NCBI GenBank assembly: GCA_905178155.1
Contig: CAJINV010000003.1
Coordinates: forward strand, 4,747,863-4,811,862
From: Amoebophrya sp. A120
Taxonomy: Eukaryota > Protista > Dinoflagellata
DNA length: 64,000 nt
Direction: 5' to 3'
In this document: in pieces, positions 32,082-46,016 of the stretch
How positions within the stretch are numbered: position 1 is the first letter of the stretch
How the letters are laid out: each line of letters begins with the position of its first letter
Notes under the pieces: model-generated
Seen by the model: the letters and a program-made list of their open reading frames with translations, nothing else
The model's database searches: none
What the model was told of the DNA's origin: nothing
Position numbers and translations under genes: made by a program

Positions 32082-35000
32082 CTAACATGGAATCAATGAT
32101 CCAAGCGGCAGCTGTGGATTTTCTTCGTTTGTGAATATTCCGACGAATCTCGGGAATAGTTGCATGGATTTTGCATCCGTGTGCACTATCTTTTCTACAG
32201 GTCGGGTTGCCGGAGATTTTTCATCTTCATCCGAATGGTTTGCCCGATTCGTCTCCTTATCACATCTGTTCGTAGGTGGAAGGATGGAGTTATTTGTGCG
32301 CTTCAGTTTTTCCTTTTCGTAAAAAAGTTGATCATTCATTTGCGGCATCACCAGGATGTAGTCCCGGGGTGGTGTGGTGTGTGGAGTAACATTCGTCATT
32401 TTCGGTCCTGCTGCGGGACCGGAAAAGTTGTTGTTGACCACAATCGTTCGTGGCAGCCACGCATTCAATTCGTTCAAGCGGAGAAAAAATTCCAAACTTC
32501 GCGTTGCCCGCTTTTCCGAATGTTTGGAATCGTCCGCGCTTTGTTCACGCGGCGCTGTGTTGCCCGATTGTGCAGAATGATTTTGAAGTTGACTTTCATG
32601 TGATTTTTCGGTCAACATGTTGGTTCGACTTTTATTCGTGTCAAAAAGAGTTGTTAGGTGGTCAATGACGCCCTGTGCCAAACGAGTGGCCTCCGCTATA
32701 TCCTTATTCGCTGGCGTACTTTTAGCAACGTCCGCATCCTTTTTGATAGGCGAAGCCGGCTCCAGTGGTATGAGTTTCTTCATGTCTGCAGCAGTGTCGA
32801 CGTCGACCGCAAAGTAAACATTAGTCGGGCAGAGCTCAGGCGCCGGCGGTTCTTCGATAACAAGATCTCGCTGCTGCATTATGGCTCCCTCGGGCCGCAT
32901 TTTGAGTGCGCACTTCTTAGCGATCGCGACAAGCAGCCTGTTGTCGGTTGTGTCTTTCATCTGCTCTGCGCCAGGTGCTGCCAACAGTTGCGAAGATCCG
33001 GTTACGTGTTGCGGAAGAGCTAGGACTACGAACCCTTGCGGAAATTGGTAAGCCAACGCGAGAAGATACACGAGGCTGTTTGCGGCTGCGGCGCTCGTCC
33101 AGCCTTGTTCTGACGTCAGAACCACCACCAAAACAGAGTTTTGGTCGCTTCGTTGTCGCTCTTGTAGGAGATCAGTTACGATCACTGCATTATTTTTACT
33201 GCTGTTGGCTCGTTCTTTGTCAGTGGTTTTGCATGTCCCGTTCGTGTCTGCGGAAGCCTTGGTATGTTCCTCATCTAGCTGCACCGTCACGGGGAGAAGT
33301 TCTCTGCTCGTGACCCGAAATCTGTCCAAGTAGAGAGACGATGTTGATAAGTCCTCTCTCTTGATGCGCGGCTCCAAGTCCAAAGGCGGCCGCGGATTTT
33401 CACGGTTCGAAGTACGTGGATCGTTTCTTGCCGCACCCAAGGTCTTGTCGTTCTCCGCGGTTGCAGCAAGAGACTGTTCGTCGGTGCTCCTCAAAAATAC
33501 TGCGTCCTCATTTGAATGTGAGTGCGAATCCGAAGTTGCAGATGAGCGGCGTATCATTTCTATCTGTACAAGAGGTCGTGTGGAGGATGGCAGTGCAGGC
33601 GCTTCGCTTCCGCTTGTTCTCAAGAGTCTCACGAGCCGGCTATGGGTCACTTCGGTGTTGGTTGCAGCCTCCCGATCAAAAACTTCAGGCCCCGCGAGGA
33701 CGATGTGCTTGCGGGTCGTTTCAAACGCCGTTTGGAAAAACGAGCATCTTGCGCCGGTTGTGGCGTCTGTCACATGATGCGTGGTTGCGACTCGCTTCCG
33801 CTGTGCGATGGCACGCAAAAGAAAAGAGCACGCGAGTTGTTCTAGTAAAAGAACGTTTTGTTCCTCAGGCTGGGGGCAGAGCATGCCGTCGAGAACAGAC
33901 ATCGTAAAGCTCAGCTTCGGCCGCAATATCTTTATCCGCGACACATCCTGCAATCTCCGTGCCGCTGCATGACGCCGCCGGCGGTGGCGTCTTCGAATAA
34001 AAGCCTGTAGGATCCGAGCAGCTGTGCACTGGCGGTCGAAAGCCAACCGTGCTTGCCTCGCAAGTTGTCTGCACTTACAGCCTGCCCATAGGCGTTGAAT
34101 TCTATGCGCTGCGCGTCGGCAGCGGCGCTCGCGAAGGTGGGAAAGCAGAACAGTTCGCATCAAAGTTTGGATTCGGCGGATCGCGATCAGGAGCCTGCGA
34201 AACTGTCGGTGTGCAAGCTGTATGTGATTCGTGAGACAAAAAATTCGGCTCAGTCCGATGCACGATGCGCTAGTATGAGGCACGTCAGACCAAACGAAGA
34301 AAAGAACTGATAAACTACTTTGCGAAAGGAAGCAAGGTCGTAGTACGATACAAAGAAAGGGAACAAGTTGCACGGTATCAAATCTAAATCATTGAAAAAT
34401 TCATACCCGCGTCGCGCAGAACCTTTGCAGGGATATCAGCGCTGTCCGTACACGTCTGTAGTACATCTTTGCACAGACCATGCGGTACGCTGCCTGGAGT
34501 CGACTGACACAAAGTCGCACAACGCGAAAGCCTCTTCGGACAAGCATACCGCGAAAGTCTGCCTGTATGCGGATGGCCGATCGCTGACGCGTTTCCAAAA
34601 CAGACCGCGCGATGGCACCACGACAGTGCGCTTGCAGCTGCACGATGCCTCGACGCCAACGGCGCACCTTGCGCACGGCATAAAACCGACGCCACGCCGT
34701 TTGAATCGTAAGCGACGAGTGCTTGCAGGCGTGAAGTTGGGCGCGTGCGAGATAACCACGTACGACCCGCTGCACCAACACGGCTTGGGAATCGGCAACC
34801 TGCTGGATGTGGTTCTTCAAGATCGTGCGAGCCCGACACCCACGCAGCCAGGCCTGCAACCGAACTGCTGCACCGTACTGCAAGTGTGCGCGACGGGCTG
34901 CGAAAGTTAGGCGGAAGGCAAGTCGTCGCTTGTTGTCAGTCTCTGCTTCATCTTCCCGTGAAGTGGTGCCACCAGGGCTTCGATCTTCACGACCTGCCTC

Positions 35001-36077
35001 TCGTTCTTCTTCGGCGGAAGCTCCAGCGCTGCTGGACCGCTCTTCCTTTGCCTTTTGATTTTGAGGCCTAAAATGCCTCGAAAAATCCACCGCTCTGTTG
35101 AAGTGTCCCGGCGCCAAGCAGGGACTGTCTACACTACCGTGCAGCTGCATGCGGTCGTGCATCTTGTTTATTCCGACAAAGCAAACAAACTTGCGCGCTA
35201 GCATTCCTCGGACGCGCGCTTGAATGGTTGAAGCTGCTGCTTCCCGAATGGCTGGATGAGGCAGAGGCACTGCGCGATTTCGGTAGTGCTTCACCTTTGT
35301 CGCAGTGGAAGCGATTGCACTGGTGCGCCGCTGTTTGTCACCTTGCTGTAAAACGACCGCTGCATCTTCATCGTGATGCTCCAGCGCACGCTTTTCTACC
35401 ATTGCAGACGCTCCTCTTTTTGAGAAACCGCGGTCGTCCATTTGGCTTGGCGCAGGTGAAGTCGTGTGGTAAGACACCGATTTTCTTTCAGCGTTAGGGA
35501 TCCGTAGCCTGCTACCCGGACGGGCAGAAGGGCGGAAGAACGTTGAGTGAAGAAGGCTTGTTCCCTGCCCAGCTGGTGCTGTTGATCTCGTGGAAAATCG
35601 GTGCGGTGCCCCAGGCGCAGTTGGTGCGAAGGTGGTCCGCGAAGGTTTCGACTTTCTGGCGTGCGCGGCGTCGCTTTCACTGTCCAGCTCTGGTGATAGC
35701 AGCAGCACGCTGCGACGGGAGGCAACTGCTGGGGCCATTCTATTTTGTTTCTCTGCTTCGACTTTTGCCTGCAGAGCTGCACTTTGTCGATCATTCGGGC
35801 CTCCTCGCCGCAGATGGGCAGAGAGCGCTTGTTTCTCGTCCTTTTGTTCGCACCGCCTTCCGCCTTTATGTGGGTTATTCGTCGAGCTGCTTCCTGCAGT
35901 CGCAACCTCGCTGGGCTGTAGGCTGCATTGGCTGGTTGTATGTTCCCCGCGCATTTCGTTAGCTACGCCGCGGTCGGATCCTAGCGTTGGGACAGGACGC
36001 AGTTTAGAATCAGACGGTGGTATAAGGCCGTTAGCGTTAGTCCGGGCGAGCAACGTTTTGGCTTTTTCGTAGATCAT
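32082..36077 (-). CDS. IQ calmodulin-binding motif repeat protein
   Basis: Many IQxxxRGxxxR motifs (IQARVRGMLAR, LQAWLRGCRAR, IQADFRGMLVR). GT-AG intron 34203-34406 joins CATR|FRRL in frame. A small further 3' exon near 31930-32060 is possible. Confidence 0.8.
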
Positions 36078-36236
36078 GTTCGGTCGAGATATTACATGTC
36101 AAAATTAGCCTCGAAACCCAGCGCCGCGCAAGCAGGTATTACTACAAGTGCACTGACTTCTACTAGATGAAAGAGAGAAAGTCTTATGATCTGCCTGTCG
36201 ATCCTACTTAAAACAGACCGCCTGATCATGTTGCTG

Positions 36237-37632
36237 TTACATCTTTCTGAAAATTGGTGGTTCGGGCACCACCGTTGACTGCACCCAGCAATAATTAAGA
36301 GTTTGAAACCGTAATCACTTGTTCATCTACTTCGTCTTGGAGGCAATGGCAATCGAGGCGAATGAATGTGACATCGTTTTCCTCGCGTAGTAGTTCGTAG
36401 ACGTCCAATATTCTCAGAACTTCCTTTGCGTTGGCAACGGCTTGAGCGTGATCGTGGGCTTCCTGGTGCAGGATCGACAGATTGTAGAGTCCGACACACA
36501 ACCGCTCTGCCAACGTAGCTTGCAGGAAAGATGAATCGATTTGGAGGTCTTGATGCCAACAAGAACTTCTATCGCGGGCTGATTTTCTTGTTGAGCTGCA
36601 GAACCTCGAGCCGGGAGAAGACGTCTGCCGCTGCTCCCGGCGGATCCGCAAGAGACACGCTCGCACATCGTCGCACGCGGTTTCGGCAAGCCGCATGCTG
36701 CGGTCCCTCTCGGCCGGTGGCAGGAGAGCCGCTAACGCTAGTTCCACCCTTCCGACGATGTGTAAAAACTCCTGCAGCACGGTGCCGCGAAGATCAAGAT
36801 CATCACGCGGTGGACGACCCTGTTGTATTTCATCAAGTTGCTCGTCCGTGGATGCATTTGCGTATGCAGCAGGCGGATCTTCCTTTTCGATCGCATTGCG
36901 GTACATAGTTCGGCACTTCTGCAGGATTGCGTGCGCCCGCTCCAAGTACTTCGTTGCAGCGTAGAATTTGTGGTTTATTCGGTAGTGGATTCCGAGATTG
37001 GCAAACGTGATAATGCGCAGTAGCTGCAACTCGGTCGTCTCTTCTGCAGCCAGCACAGGCGGGGCGGCATCATCGGTCTTTATTCCAGTGCGACGTCGGC
37101 CGGCTTCCACTTGTGTGTTCTTCGTGCTCTCCGCGGTCAAGGCATGATTAGCGCATTCGCGTTTGCTGGCTGGGTGAGAAACACGAGCCAATGCAGAGTT
37201 TGCTTTCAGTAGCAGCATGGGCTTCACTTGCTGCAAGTCCTCAAAGGAGGGCCCAGTCGAGCCGGCAAAGAATAAGCAAACGCGAACGAAGTAGAAGAGC
37301 GCCGAGACGTAGGAGGCCGTTAAGAAATGTTGCAGGTGCGCGTGCCGGGACTCCAGCGCGGTCTCCAGCTCTTCCACTGCCGTCAGCACGACAGATAGCT
37401 GCATCCGGGCGAATTGCTTCCGCTGCACTGCGAGCAGCAGGTCAGAAATCGTTTTGGCCGCGTTTTGTTCCCTCGCCAAAATGGTGCGCTCCAGTAAAGA
37501 CCTCGGGTCGTGGTCTGCGGGCGGCGATTTCTCTGGTAGAGAAGGTGGGAAGGAGGGCAAGGCTACGGGTAAAAAGTCGGGCAAAAAGATCTGTCGCAGC
37601 TGCGGCGCGACAGGAGCGTGAGCGGGTGCCAT
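36237..37632 (-). CDS. Hypothetical helical (TPR-like) protein
   Basis: 445-aa ORF with TPR-like segments (TFANLGIHY..AATKYLERAH; GLYNLSILHQ..AQAVANAKEVL); possible 40-nt terminal intron 36279-36318. Confidence 0.55.
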
Positions 37633-38953
37633 CTTGGAGTTCTAAAATGTCGACCTTGTTTCCTGCGGTAAATGCAACTAAGTACGGAACTGAGCGCGAA
37701 GTCATATTTCTCCATGGTTCAACATTTTCTATAAGAATACTCAGTCCTCTGGCAGGTGCATCTCTCAGTTCCTCTTAAGCATTATTCATTGCACATGCAC
37801 TTCGTCATCCGTTTCGTCCATACCGGATTTCGATTTTTCCCAGCATAAGCTTTACTCTCTACTTAATGCGCTCCGACTCCGCGTCCGGAAACACCACAAA
37901 AGATCTTTGAACACGGAAAAGGACGAAAGGAAATCACGGCGTCGCTTTGCCTTTGTCGCTTTCCAGAATGTCTCGATCTAGATTGCTCGTCATGTTTTCC
38001 CCAAGCAAATCCACACCTTGCTATCATGTGATTCGCCTGAATAAGTAAATGTGAAACGCATAGTACTGGTGACAAACTTTTTCTTTTTCCACCTTCTTTT
38101 CGGCTCAAATCGCTTCTTCAACATCGTTCCCCGAAGTATAGAAAGGATGAGAGTCTGGTGGGGGAAAGAGGAGCTTTTTTTCTTGGAAAGAGACTATGTG
38201 ACCGGGTTACAGTCTGTCCCACGCCGACGGAGCAGTGCCCGAAACTAAATATCTGGATGATCTGCGGAGAGGACACGAATAACAACTAAGCTGCACCTTG
38301 TTAGGTCTTTACGCTCACTGTGTGTTTTGCGTCCTTCTCCTTCTCTTTCGTCGAGGGAAACGGTTAGGAATAAAACCATGTTTGAAAAAAATATAGATAG
38401 AGGGTGTAAACTTACACACCTCGTGAAGAAAGATGACCGCAGAGGCGGGGCAGCCCTAAGAAAGCTGTCTCTGCTGTCACTAAAATTCCTGCAAAATAAA
38501 CAGTCGCTGACTCAGCTTGATGTTCCTTAGCAAGACAAAACATGTACTTACAAACATGATAGATTAAGAGTGTATCTGTAGACTCAAACTCATATTTGTT
38601 TACTAATTATACAGGCGTGTTCGTAGGTTCATTTTCTTACTAAAGGGACCACTCAAGTTCGAAGTCGTACAGTACAATCGAGGATAAACAACAAAAGTAG
38701 CTGCCGAACTACCGAGGCAGGTAAAAAACTAGGTACATGCTCCAATAACCTAGAACCAGCTAAAAGTGAGTACTTTTTTGAAACGAATGCTTTTGTTTTT
38801 CGAGTAAACTGATTGCATTTGCAGTGTGGTACACGTACAACACCACAATGCATCTTCTCCCAAAATAAGCCAGAAGGAGAAGCAGAATCGCTTTTCTTGC
38901 CTTTCATAGACAATATCCGTATCGGCCTGACGTGTGTGAAGATGCATGCGCCC

Positions 38954-40969
38954 TTACTTCTCCGGAGCCGGCAGGGGAATGCCACCGTTGACATCCATGA
39001 TCTCCTTGCAGCCCAAGTCCTTTCCGAACTCCTTCCAGGAGCGGACGATGCTCCAAGTGCCGGTCTGGAAATCGTCATCAGACGTCTTCGAGAACACCGA
39101 ATAGAAGATTGCCGCCGTTTCCTCGGGGGTGTGGTAGTCACCAGCAGCCCAACGCTTGCTCACCTGAGATCAGCAATTGTGGCTTCGGATTCTTGCAAAG
39201 AATAAGAAAGTTCGTTTGAGCACAGTGTGGGTAAGTAATATCATATACGTAAGTGTGAAGTTCCTCCTCCCCTACAACTTTGTAAAACAGGAATACCATC
39301 GCTGCCATGGGATGGTTCTTGTCGTAGTTCTCGGCGAATTCATCGGTCAACAAGGACTTGGTCATGCCCGGATGACCGTACCCGAAAATCGCCTGCTCCT
39401 TCATGTCCACCTTCATACCCTCGTGCAACCACTTGTTGGCGTATGAAAGTGCACAACTCCCCCTCCCCCTCATTTGTATTGCATGAACAGCAATACAAGC
39501 GTCAGCAATAATACAGTTTTTGCATCACAAATTTGGACAGGAGTGTAGTGCTATTTGGGCTGCCAGAACTTGTCATGCATACAGTTCCAAGGGCCAGGTC
39601 GTAAATTAGGCATTTTGCATGATAAATGAGGGGGGGGAGTTGTGCATATTCATATGGCGGCCTTGACCGCACCGAAGCCGCCCCATCCCGGCACAACCAT
39701 GTAGGTACCGTCCGGCTTGGGACCGTCGGAGAACGGCGCTGATTTGATTTTTTGTAGCGTGAATTATTATTTCGCAAAAATACAGTAGTTGTACCCGCGG
39801 TGAACCAAGTGGAATCTACTACATGCAAGCCGAGAATGGGTTTACTGCATACGATTAGGGTTCATGTAGAAGGTCCACGACCTTCACGAACCAAAAACAA
39901 AAATTATCCCATCACGTATCAATATAGTACCTCCCAAGTTGAAGACGCGGGCCTTCGGCTCGGATCCCAGGTTGTTGGCCAACGCCTGCATCACAAACAA
40001 TTTCCCATGGACGTCGGTATTCATCATGTCGTCCTGTGGAAATATCGTCGTTTTCGTTTCTCAGCGAACCAGCAATCTAGTACTTGAGATACATTTACGA
40101 AGTTGTTTGGACAGACACTTTGAGTACACGGCGGAGAGGAGGTAGTCGTGTTCTGCGGAATTGCACGCGACCGAGTTCTTATAAGCTCGTTGCGGTAGAA
40201 AACAGCATCAACACATTCATATTCAAGAATGAACAACAAGAACTTTGTTGTGCTTGCAATCAAAATTGTACGAAATCTTCCCGGGAGATGCTCTTGAGAT
40301 TGTGGCCGGTGCCGCTGGTGTTCTTCGGCGCGGCCGCGCCGAGCAGCACGTAGTGAATCTTCGCACTGCCGACCGCGTCCGCGATACTCTTTATGGAAGT
40401 GTCAGAACCGAAATTGACAAAATCGGAAAATTTGCGATGCACAAAATCGACGCCAGTCGGAGCCTCAGTTTCTAAGTGGCGCATGACAAATTTCGGGAGC
40501 ACCCAAATCCAGTCTGTCATGCTGTTTGGGCAAAAAAGACTGCTCCTGTAATGCTACTCTGGTAGCACATTATATATTACCCCTAAACAGGCTTACAATC
40601 GGTCCCATTTTCCTGCTCCCCAATACAGTCTTTAGCCTTACGTGCCCTACATTTCATGCATCACAAATTTTTCGACTTTGTCGATTTCGATCCTGATTCT
40701 CCCATACTCTTCGGCCCGTCCTTAGTACCGATGTCCGCGAGGATCTTGACCAGGTTCGGGTGATCCTTCACGCCATCGAGCGCTTTTTGCGCGCGGTCCA
40801 CCACGAAGACCTTTTCCGCCTCCTTCAGGCAGCACAGAGTGGCCAAGGCCCCACCGATGCCGGAACAACCGGTAATGAGCACGCCCTTGCCCTTGCAGTC
40901 GGGCAAAGCCTCGATCTTGGCGGCATCCAGGGAGTTGCCGTTGCTCAACGTGCTTCCGAAGTCAGCCAT
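38954..40969 (-). CDS. Atypical short-chain dehydrogenase/reductase, 6 exons
   Basis: VLITGCSGIG Rossmann motif, ADIG, MMNTDVHG, RVFNLG, PGWGGFGAVKAA, HPGMTKS; three GT-AG introns plus two introners give a continuous frame. Confidence 0.8.
39442..39654. mobile_element. Introner (MITE-like non-canonical intron) in the SDR gene
   Basis: TIR TATGAA(AG/TA)TGCACAACTCCCCC (20/22), TSD TGGCG (39437-39441, 39655-39659); removal gives VKAA|NKWL. Confidence 0.9.
40392..40706. mobile_element. Introner in the SDR gene
   Basis: 50-bp imperfect TIR (41/50; 40392-40441 vs 40657-40706), TSD CTCTT; removal gives GPKS|IADAVG. Confidence 0.9.
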
Positions 40970-41489
40970 CTTGATCGGTCCAGTACTTAAGTAGTACCTA
41001 TTTGTTCTCTGGGGTTTTTTGCTGCGGACTTAGTTTCAACAAAGAACTTTCCCTAGTACTTGGAAAGTTTTCTCGTGCAGTTTTTGGTTTGCCTTGAGGG
41101 GTCGCTTCACGGAGCCGACGTTGATTTTCTTCCTGTAAGGAAAAGGATGAAGTAGAGGTAGCAAATGCACAAGTAGAAGTGAAGGCAAATTCATACAACG
41201 TTCCACGAAAACATGGCTTTAGCTTTTTTTGTGCCGCTTTTCGTTGCTCGATTCAATCAGCCTCTCACTTTAAGAATCCGGTTCTTTCAAGCTGCTTCCC
41301 TCCCTCACTGTCACTAACTCCGTCTATGTATATGTTTGTAGTCTTCGCTATATATCGTGGCTTATGTTGTAAAACAGAAGAGGCAAATACTTAATCAGGT
41401 GCTAGATCAGCTACAATCTCTCTCGTGACTACTTTTTGTTTGTGCTTAATTAGAGGCAACCGATTCGTTTGCTTTGCGTGTTCCGCAAT

Positions 41490-42401
41490 TCACTCACCGC
41501 TGGACCTGGAGTACTTACTTACTACAACTGCTGGACGCGAACACTCAGGGGAAATAGGGTGGGTAGATGCTTGCATCAGCATGTATGTTGGAAATCCTTT
41601 ATTGTTTGCCGAGGCGTATTCCTCGATTAGATTTAAAATTTCAAGGCGTTTTCGCGCCACTGCATCCGAGGTGATCTGCGCTTGGAGCTTGGATGCAGCG
41701 GTGCTAGGTGGTAGAACCGCCCCGTTCCTCTTGTCACCAAGCTGTTCGCTCGTTGCCGCCACAACATCGCGCACACCTGCAAGAGCCTCAGCAAAGCTCA
41801 GAACATAAAGGCCACAATCGTGACCGTTTTGTTGCTGGGGGACATTGTCCTCAATTGCAGCGAGACTGGACGATGACAGCGACTGTCCCAAGATGCGATC
41901 CATCTTTCCGACAAATTTCTGTGCCGCCGAAGCGTTCAAATTATTGCCGGAGTCATAGTGCGTCCACGATGCGAGTGCCGGGTGTTCCTCTGACGTGGTT
42001 CCACTTTGCGCAGGCCGTCCCAAATCGTAGACCAATAAGCTCCAGTGCGTGCCTCCAATGCGTTCCCAATCCTCGTGATTGTTGACCGGGAAAAATACTT
42101 TTCTCCCAACAGCCTGCCTCTCCTGTGTTGCGTCCCCAGCATCAGCTGGTGGCCGGACACCTTCGGAAAGCAACCCCAGTGCTTCGACCGCAGCTGTGAC
42201 GTCCTCTTCGTCTGTCTCGTGCCGCATCCAGAAGGCGGACTCTGCCCCCACGAAAATGTGCTGGGGATGTATCTTTTGCAAGTGCTCAAAGTAAAAGGTG
42301 ATCAAGCGGTCTGTGAGCCACCCGCTAGGATTCTTGAGAATCTTCATATCCTCCTCGTGCACCTCGGCGCCGCGCCAGGTTAGAATCGCCCTGTTCGACA
42401 T
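41490..42401 (-). CDS. SENP8: NEDD8-specific cysteine protease (Ulp1/peptidase C48, SENP8/DEN1-like)
   Basis: WLTDRLITFYFE, FFPVNN..GGTHWSLLV, HYDS, PQQQNGHDCGLYV (His/Asp/Cys triad with oxyanion Gln). Confidence 0.9.
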   Translation of the reverse strand: MSNRAILTWRGAEVHEEDMKILKNPSGWLTDRLITFYFEHLQKIHPQHIFVGAESAFWMRHETDEEDVTAAVEALGLLSEGVRPPADAGDATQERQAVGRKVFFPVNNHEDWERIGGTHWSLLVYDLGRPAQSGTTSEEHPALASWTHYDSGNNLNASAAQKFVGKMDRILGQSLSSSSLAAIEDNVPQQQNGHDCGLYVLSFAEALAGVRDVVAATSEQLGDKRNGAVLPPSTAASKLQAQITSDAVARKRLEILNLIEEYASANNKGFPTYMLMQASTHPISPECSRPAVVVSKYSRSSGE

Positions 42402-42875
42402 CCTCTGATGCTTTCGTCTCTTCGTGTCGGCCTTATTTAAAATGTGTGCAAAATACCAGCGCGTGTGTGAATGTTGGAGAAGGCCGTCGGACTTCTACGC
42501 AACGCATTTTCAAGTACGAGCGACTTTAAGTGCAAGTGCTGTGGCACGCCTTTCGCCCGGAACAGGGGCGATTATTTCCTGGATGATGAATGAAACGAAC
42601 ACAGAACCTACCATTGGCAAGATAAGAAAGGCATGAGCATGACTGAGTTTACTGGAAGTCGAATGCTGCAGATCTCGTTTTTTATTTGTGCGCATTCATC
42701 ATCAATTTTTCGTTCTCATCTGTCATTATCTTTATTTGTGGAAAGCAAATGGTGGCGCGATGTTGACAGGAGTTGCGGACCTGTAATCCTCCACTTGTTC
42801 TGTCGTGATTTGGAAGTCAATGCCTTTCTCTAAGTATTTTTTAGTCCGTTAGCGACCCACCTTAGCATCGACTCG

Positions 42876-45800
42876 TCACCACTTTTGGTCGCCGTGGACG
42901 CCAAGCGACGGATCGGCATCACCGTAGTCACGTTCCAGTGCGGCAAAAACTTGCTGGTAGTTGAGAAGATCAGGAGCGGGCTCGCCCTTCGGGCGGCGGC
43001 TCTTGTGGAGTTCATTAATTTTGTCCAGCTCGTAGATACCTCTCTGAATGGCACTTTTGGCGTCGCTAATTGTGTTGGTGATTTTCTGTTCCACGTGGCC
43101 TCCAGGAAGCCCGCCCGGAGGGACGACGGGCACGGCCCCAAGTTGTGGGCTCTGGGTCGTGAAGCTTTGCGGTACTATGCCCGGCTGGTTTGCTCCACCT
43201 GGCGCACCGGCGGGGACCGCAGCAATGTGTCGCAGATCGACCAACTGCGGATGTTTGGCCGATTGCTGTGCTGGAGATCCTACTGCCGCGAAGGATGCAA
43301 TTGAGGGCAGGTCCTTTTGAACCGAGCCTGGCTGGGAGACGAGGGTTGGAATATTGCCCTGCGCTCCAACTGGTGGTTGCGAGATGAAAGCAGGTTCTCC
43401 CGCCGGTGGCTGCCGACCTCCTGCAGGACTGTCACCATCTGGTCGTGAAAAGACTATTTCGTGCTGTCGCTCCACCGGCACGCGCAGAACCGGCGCCTCC
43501 AGGATCATGCGGACGTACTTGCTCTTATCTTCTTGGTGCTTGGTCGGCGGTTTCTCTGGCACCTCCGCGGCTTTTTTTAGCGCCGCGTCGATCCGTTGGT
43601 AGTATCGCTCACGTGCGGCCGCTCCGCTGGAGTTATCCTGCTCGTCGTCGCCGTAAGCGTATACGGGTGCAGTGGTTTTCTTGCGGAAGAAGCTGACACT
43701 CTTCTTGATCCAGGAGATGTCTGAGCTCGCGCGGAGTTTTTCCGTGACCTCGGCGTCGAAGACGAAGTCCGTGTGCGCCTCGACGTAGTCCTGCACCGGG
43801 GTGCTCAAACAGTTGACGTGGCCCCAGCCAAGTCCGCACAGCTCCTCGCCCGCCCAACTGAGCACCAGGCCCTTCTTGCCGAGGTAGTTCAGGTTTTCCA
43901 GAAAAACCGGCGCCCCCTTCGCGCCGATGTGCTCTGCCACTTCCACGCAGAAGACGAAATCAGCAGGCTGGAGAGACGTTTTCGTGGCCGGGATAGGAGC
44001 AGCGATGTCGAAATACTTCACTTTGCCGTGCGTAAACTCCTCCAGTTCCTTTTCTACGTCCACCTCGATCGGCAACAGGTTCACCGTGGCGTCGTAGCCT
44101 TTCGCAGACACCTACATTTTTTGCATAGCCGTCATCTTCCTTATTTCCCACATGCTCAATGCTATGTATTAAACAGAGGAAGAGCAGCAACGTAAGAATC
44201 TCGTTCAACATCTACATCATACACATGTACCAAGCCGGTGTCGTTGAAGGCCGTGGTGTAGTGGCCGCCCCCTGCGCCGAGGTCCAGCACGGTGCTACCG
44301 ACAAAGTTTCCGCGGGCGATGAAGCGCATGAACTCCTGCACCAGGCCCTTATCCAGAAACCAGCGCTTGAAGATGTTTCGGTACAAAATTTCGAAGGCCG
44401 TGAACTTTCCCTCAGAATCGATGTTGTCCCCGAACTTCTCGAGTTCCCCGACCGCGATCAGCGAGATCTGGCCGTCCAGGATCTCGCCGCTGTTCACAAA
44501 GTAGTTTACGGCGTCGAACGAGGTCTGGAGGTCGCGCTCGAGCAGCACCTGGACCTGCGACAGCATGCTGCCACAGTAGGCGATGTCGGCCTCGGCCGGC
44601 TTGGCTGGGTGGTCCAAAAGAAAGGAGTGTGAGTGGTAGTGGAAGCTCCAGAAGTACTGCTGCATCAGCCCGGAATGGTGGAGCGAGTCCCAGTTGTATA
44701 TCCACAGAAAAAAACCCATCCACATACATTTTTTGCATTTGCATGACAAACTCGTGACTTGGTAAGTACGTGTTTTGCATGACAAATTGGATGCGGATGG
44801 GTTTTGTTCTGTGGATATTGTAGAGCAGGAGCAGCATCTGATCCTTGAACACCCGCGGAACGCACTCCGCGCGCAGGTGAAACAACGCGGACGAAAAGGC
44901 GAAAATACCCGTCATCACGGCGCTTATCCTGTCGCGGATGTGTTTTTTGGTAAAAGTCGGCACGGGCTTGGCTTGCTATAATTCGACGAGGTTTCTTGTT
45001 TCATTTAGATCCCTTCTCGATAAAAGTGCTGCTCTTGTTTCTGCTCTTGGTTCTTCATACTTATTTCAGTGCGGAAAATAAGTACAGAAGCAAAATTACC
45101 TTTGTGTGACTAGGCCGGGTATCCAGTACATGTTGAGCGCCGAGGTGTCTGGTGGCGGCTGCTTTACCATTTCTTCAAACTCCTCACGGATGAGTAACAG
45201 TTCCCCCAACGCGTTTCGACGCGCGTCATACGCCAAATGAATGACCTCCTGGCAGGCAAATTTCAGCATGTCGAAGCTCCCGGTGCGACTCTTGAAGTTC
45301 AGCCACCAGCCCTGGAACTCGGGAGAATAGGCTTGCTTGACAACTCGTCCGAAGTACGCCAACAGCGGGTCCGTCTTATGCGGGCTGACATTCGGTGGCA
45401 TCGTACTACCGGAAGAAGCCGGCGCGTGCGACGGAGACAGGGAGGACCCACTTGCCAGCTGCTGACCCGCAGTGCTACTGGTTCGAGGTGGGAATGCCAA
45501 GTTCGGAGGAAAAGTAGTACCCGCTGTGGGCGAGGGAGCATTTTGCGTACTAGTAGCGGCACCTTGAGCGAGAGGCGGACCCTTGTACTGTTGCAGTTTG
45601 TTGTCCAGAAGTGAGTTCACACGGCTAGCGATCGCGCTTGCGCTGTTGGAATGTGGTGGTCCGCCTTGTGACGGCTGCGTCATCCCCAATATGCCACTTG
45701 GAGGACGTGCCGGAGGGGGCTGTTGCAGATTGGCATTGGGGCCCCGTGCGTTTGCAGAAAATCCGAAAGAACCGCTTCCCAGCGATCCTAGTCCAGCCCC

Positions 45801-46016
45801 TGCTAGTGGGGACGGCGCTGCGCCAGCGCTCGTTCCGAAGTTGAGCGTCTGTGAAGGCGCGGGGGGTGCGCCAAGTGGCCCCGTAAAGCCTGCAAAATTC
45901 GTTTCCCGGCATAGTGCAAAGAGAGATCGCTCACGGCAGGGTAGGAGTTCCAGAGCACTCTCCACTGCAACAAAAAATCCTAAGAAACTCCATTTTGCAC
46001 CATTCCGGTTCATCAT
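42876..46016 (-). CDS. Class I SAM-dependent methyltransferase-like protein with low-complexity flanks (multi-exon)
   Basis: VLDLGAGGGHY motif I, then SAKGYD, DFVFCVEVAEHI, GLVLSWA..GWGHVN. GT-AG intron ~44112-44230 and introner 44699-44817 join frames. Linking ORF 45096..46046 as first exon is tentative. Confidence 0.7.
44699..44817. mobile_element. Introner in the methyltransferase gene
   Basis: TIR TATCCACAGAA(A/C)AAAACCCATCC (22/23), TSD TTGTA; removal gives LLLLY|NWDSL. Confidence 0.9.

Noticed and set aside
36072-36232. GATCATGTT direct repeat as another introner joining the TPR-like and IQ ORFs
   Set aside because: Only a 5-bp inverted repeat, no TAT...ATA ends, and the upstream gene has a simpler GT-AG terminal exon with its own stop.
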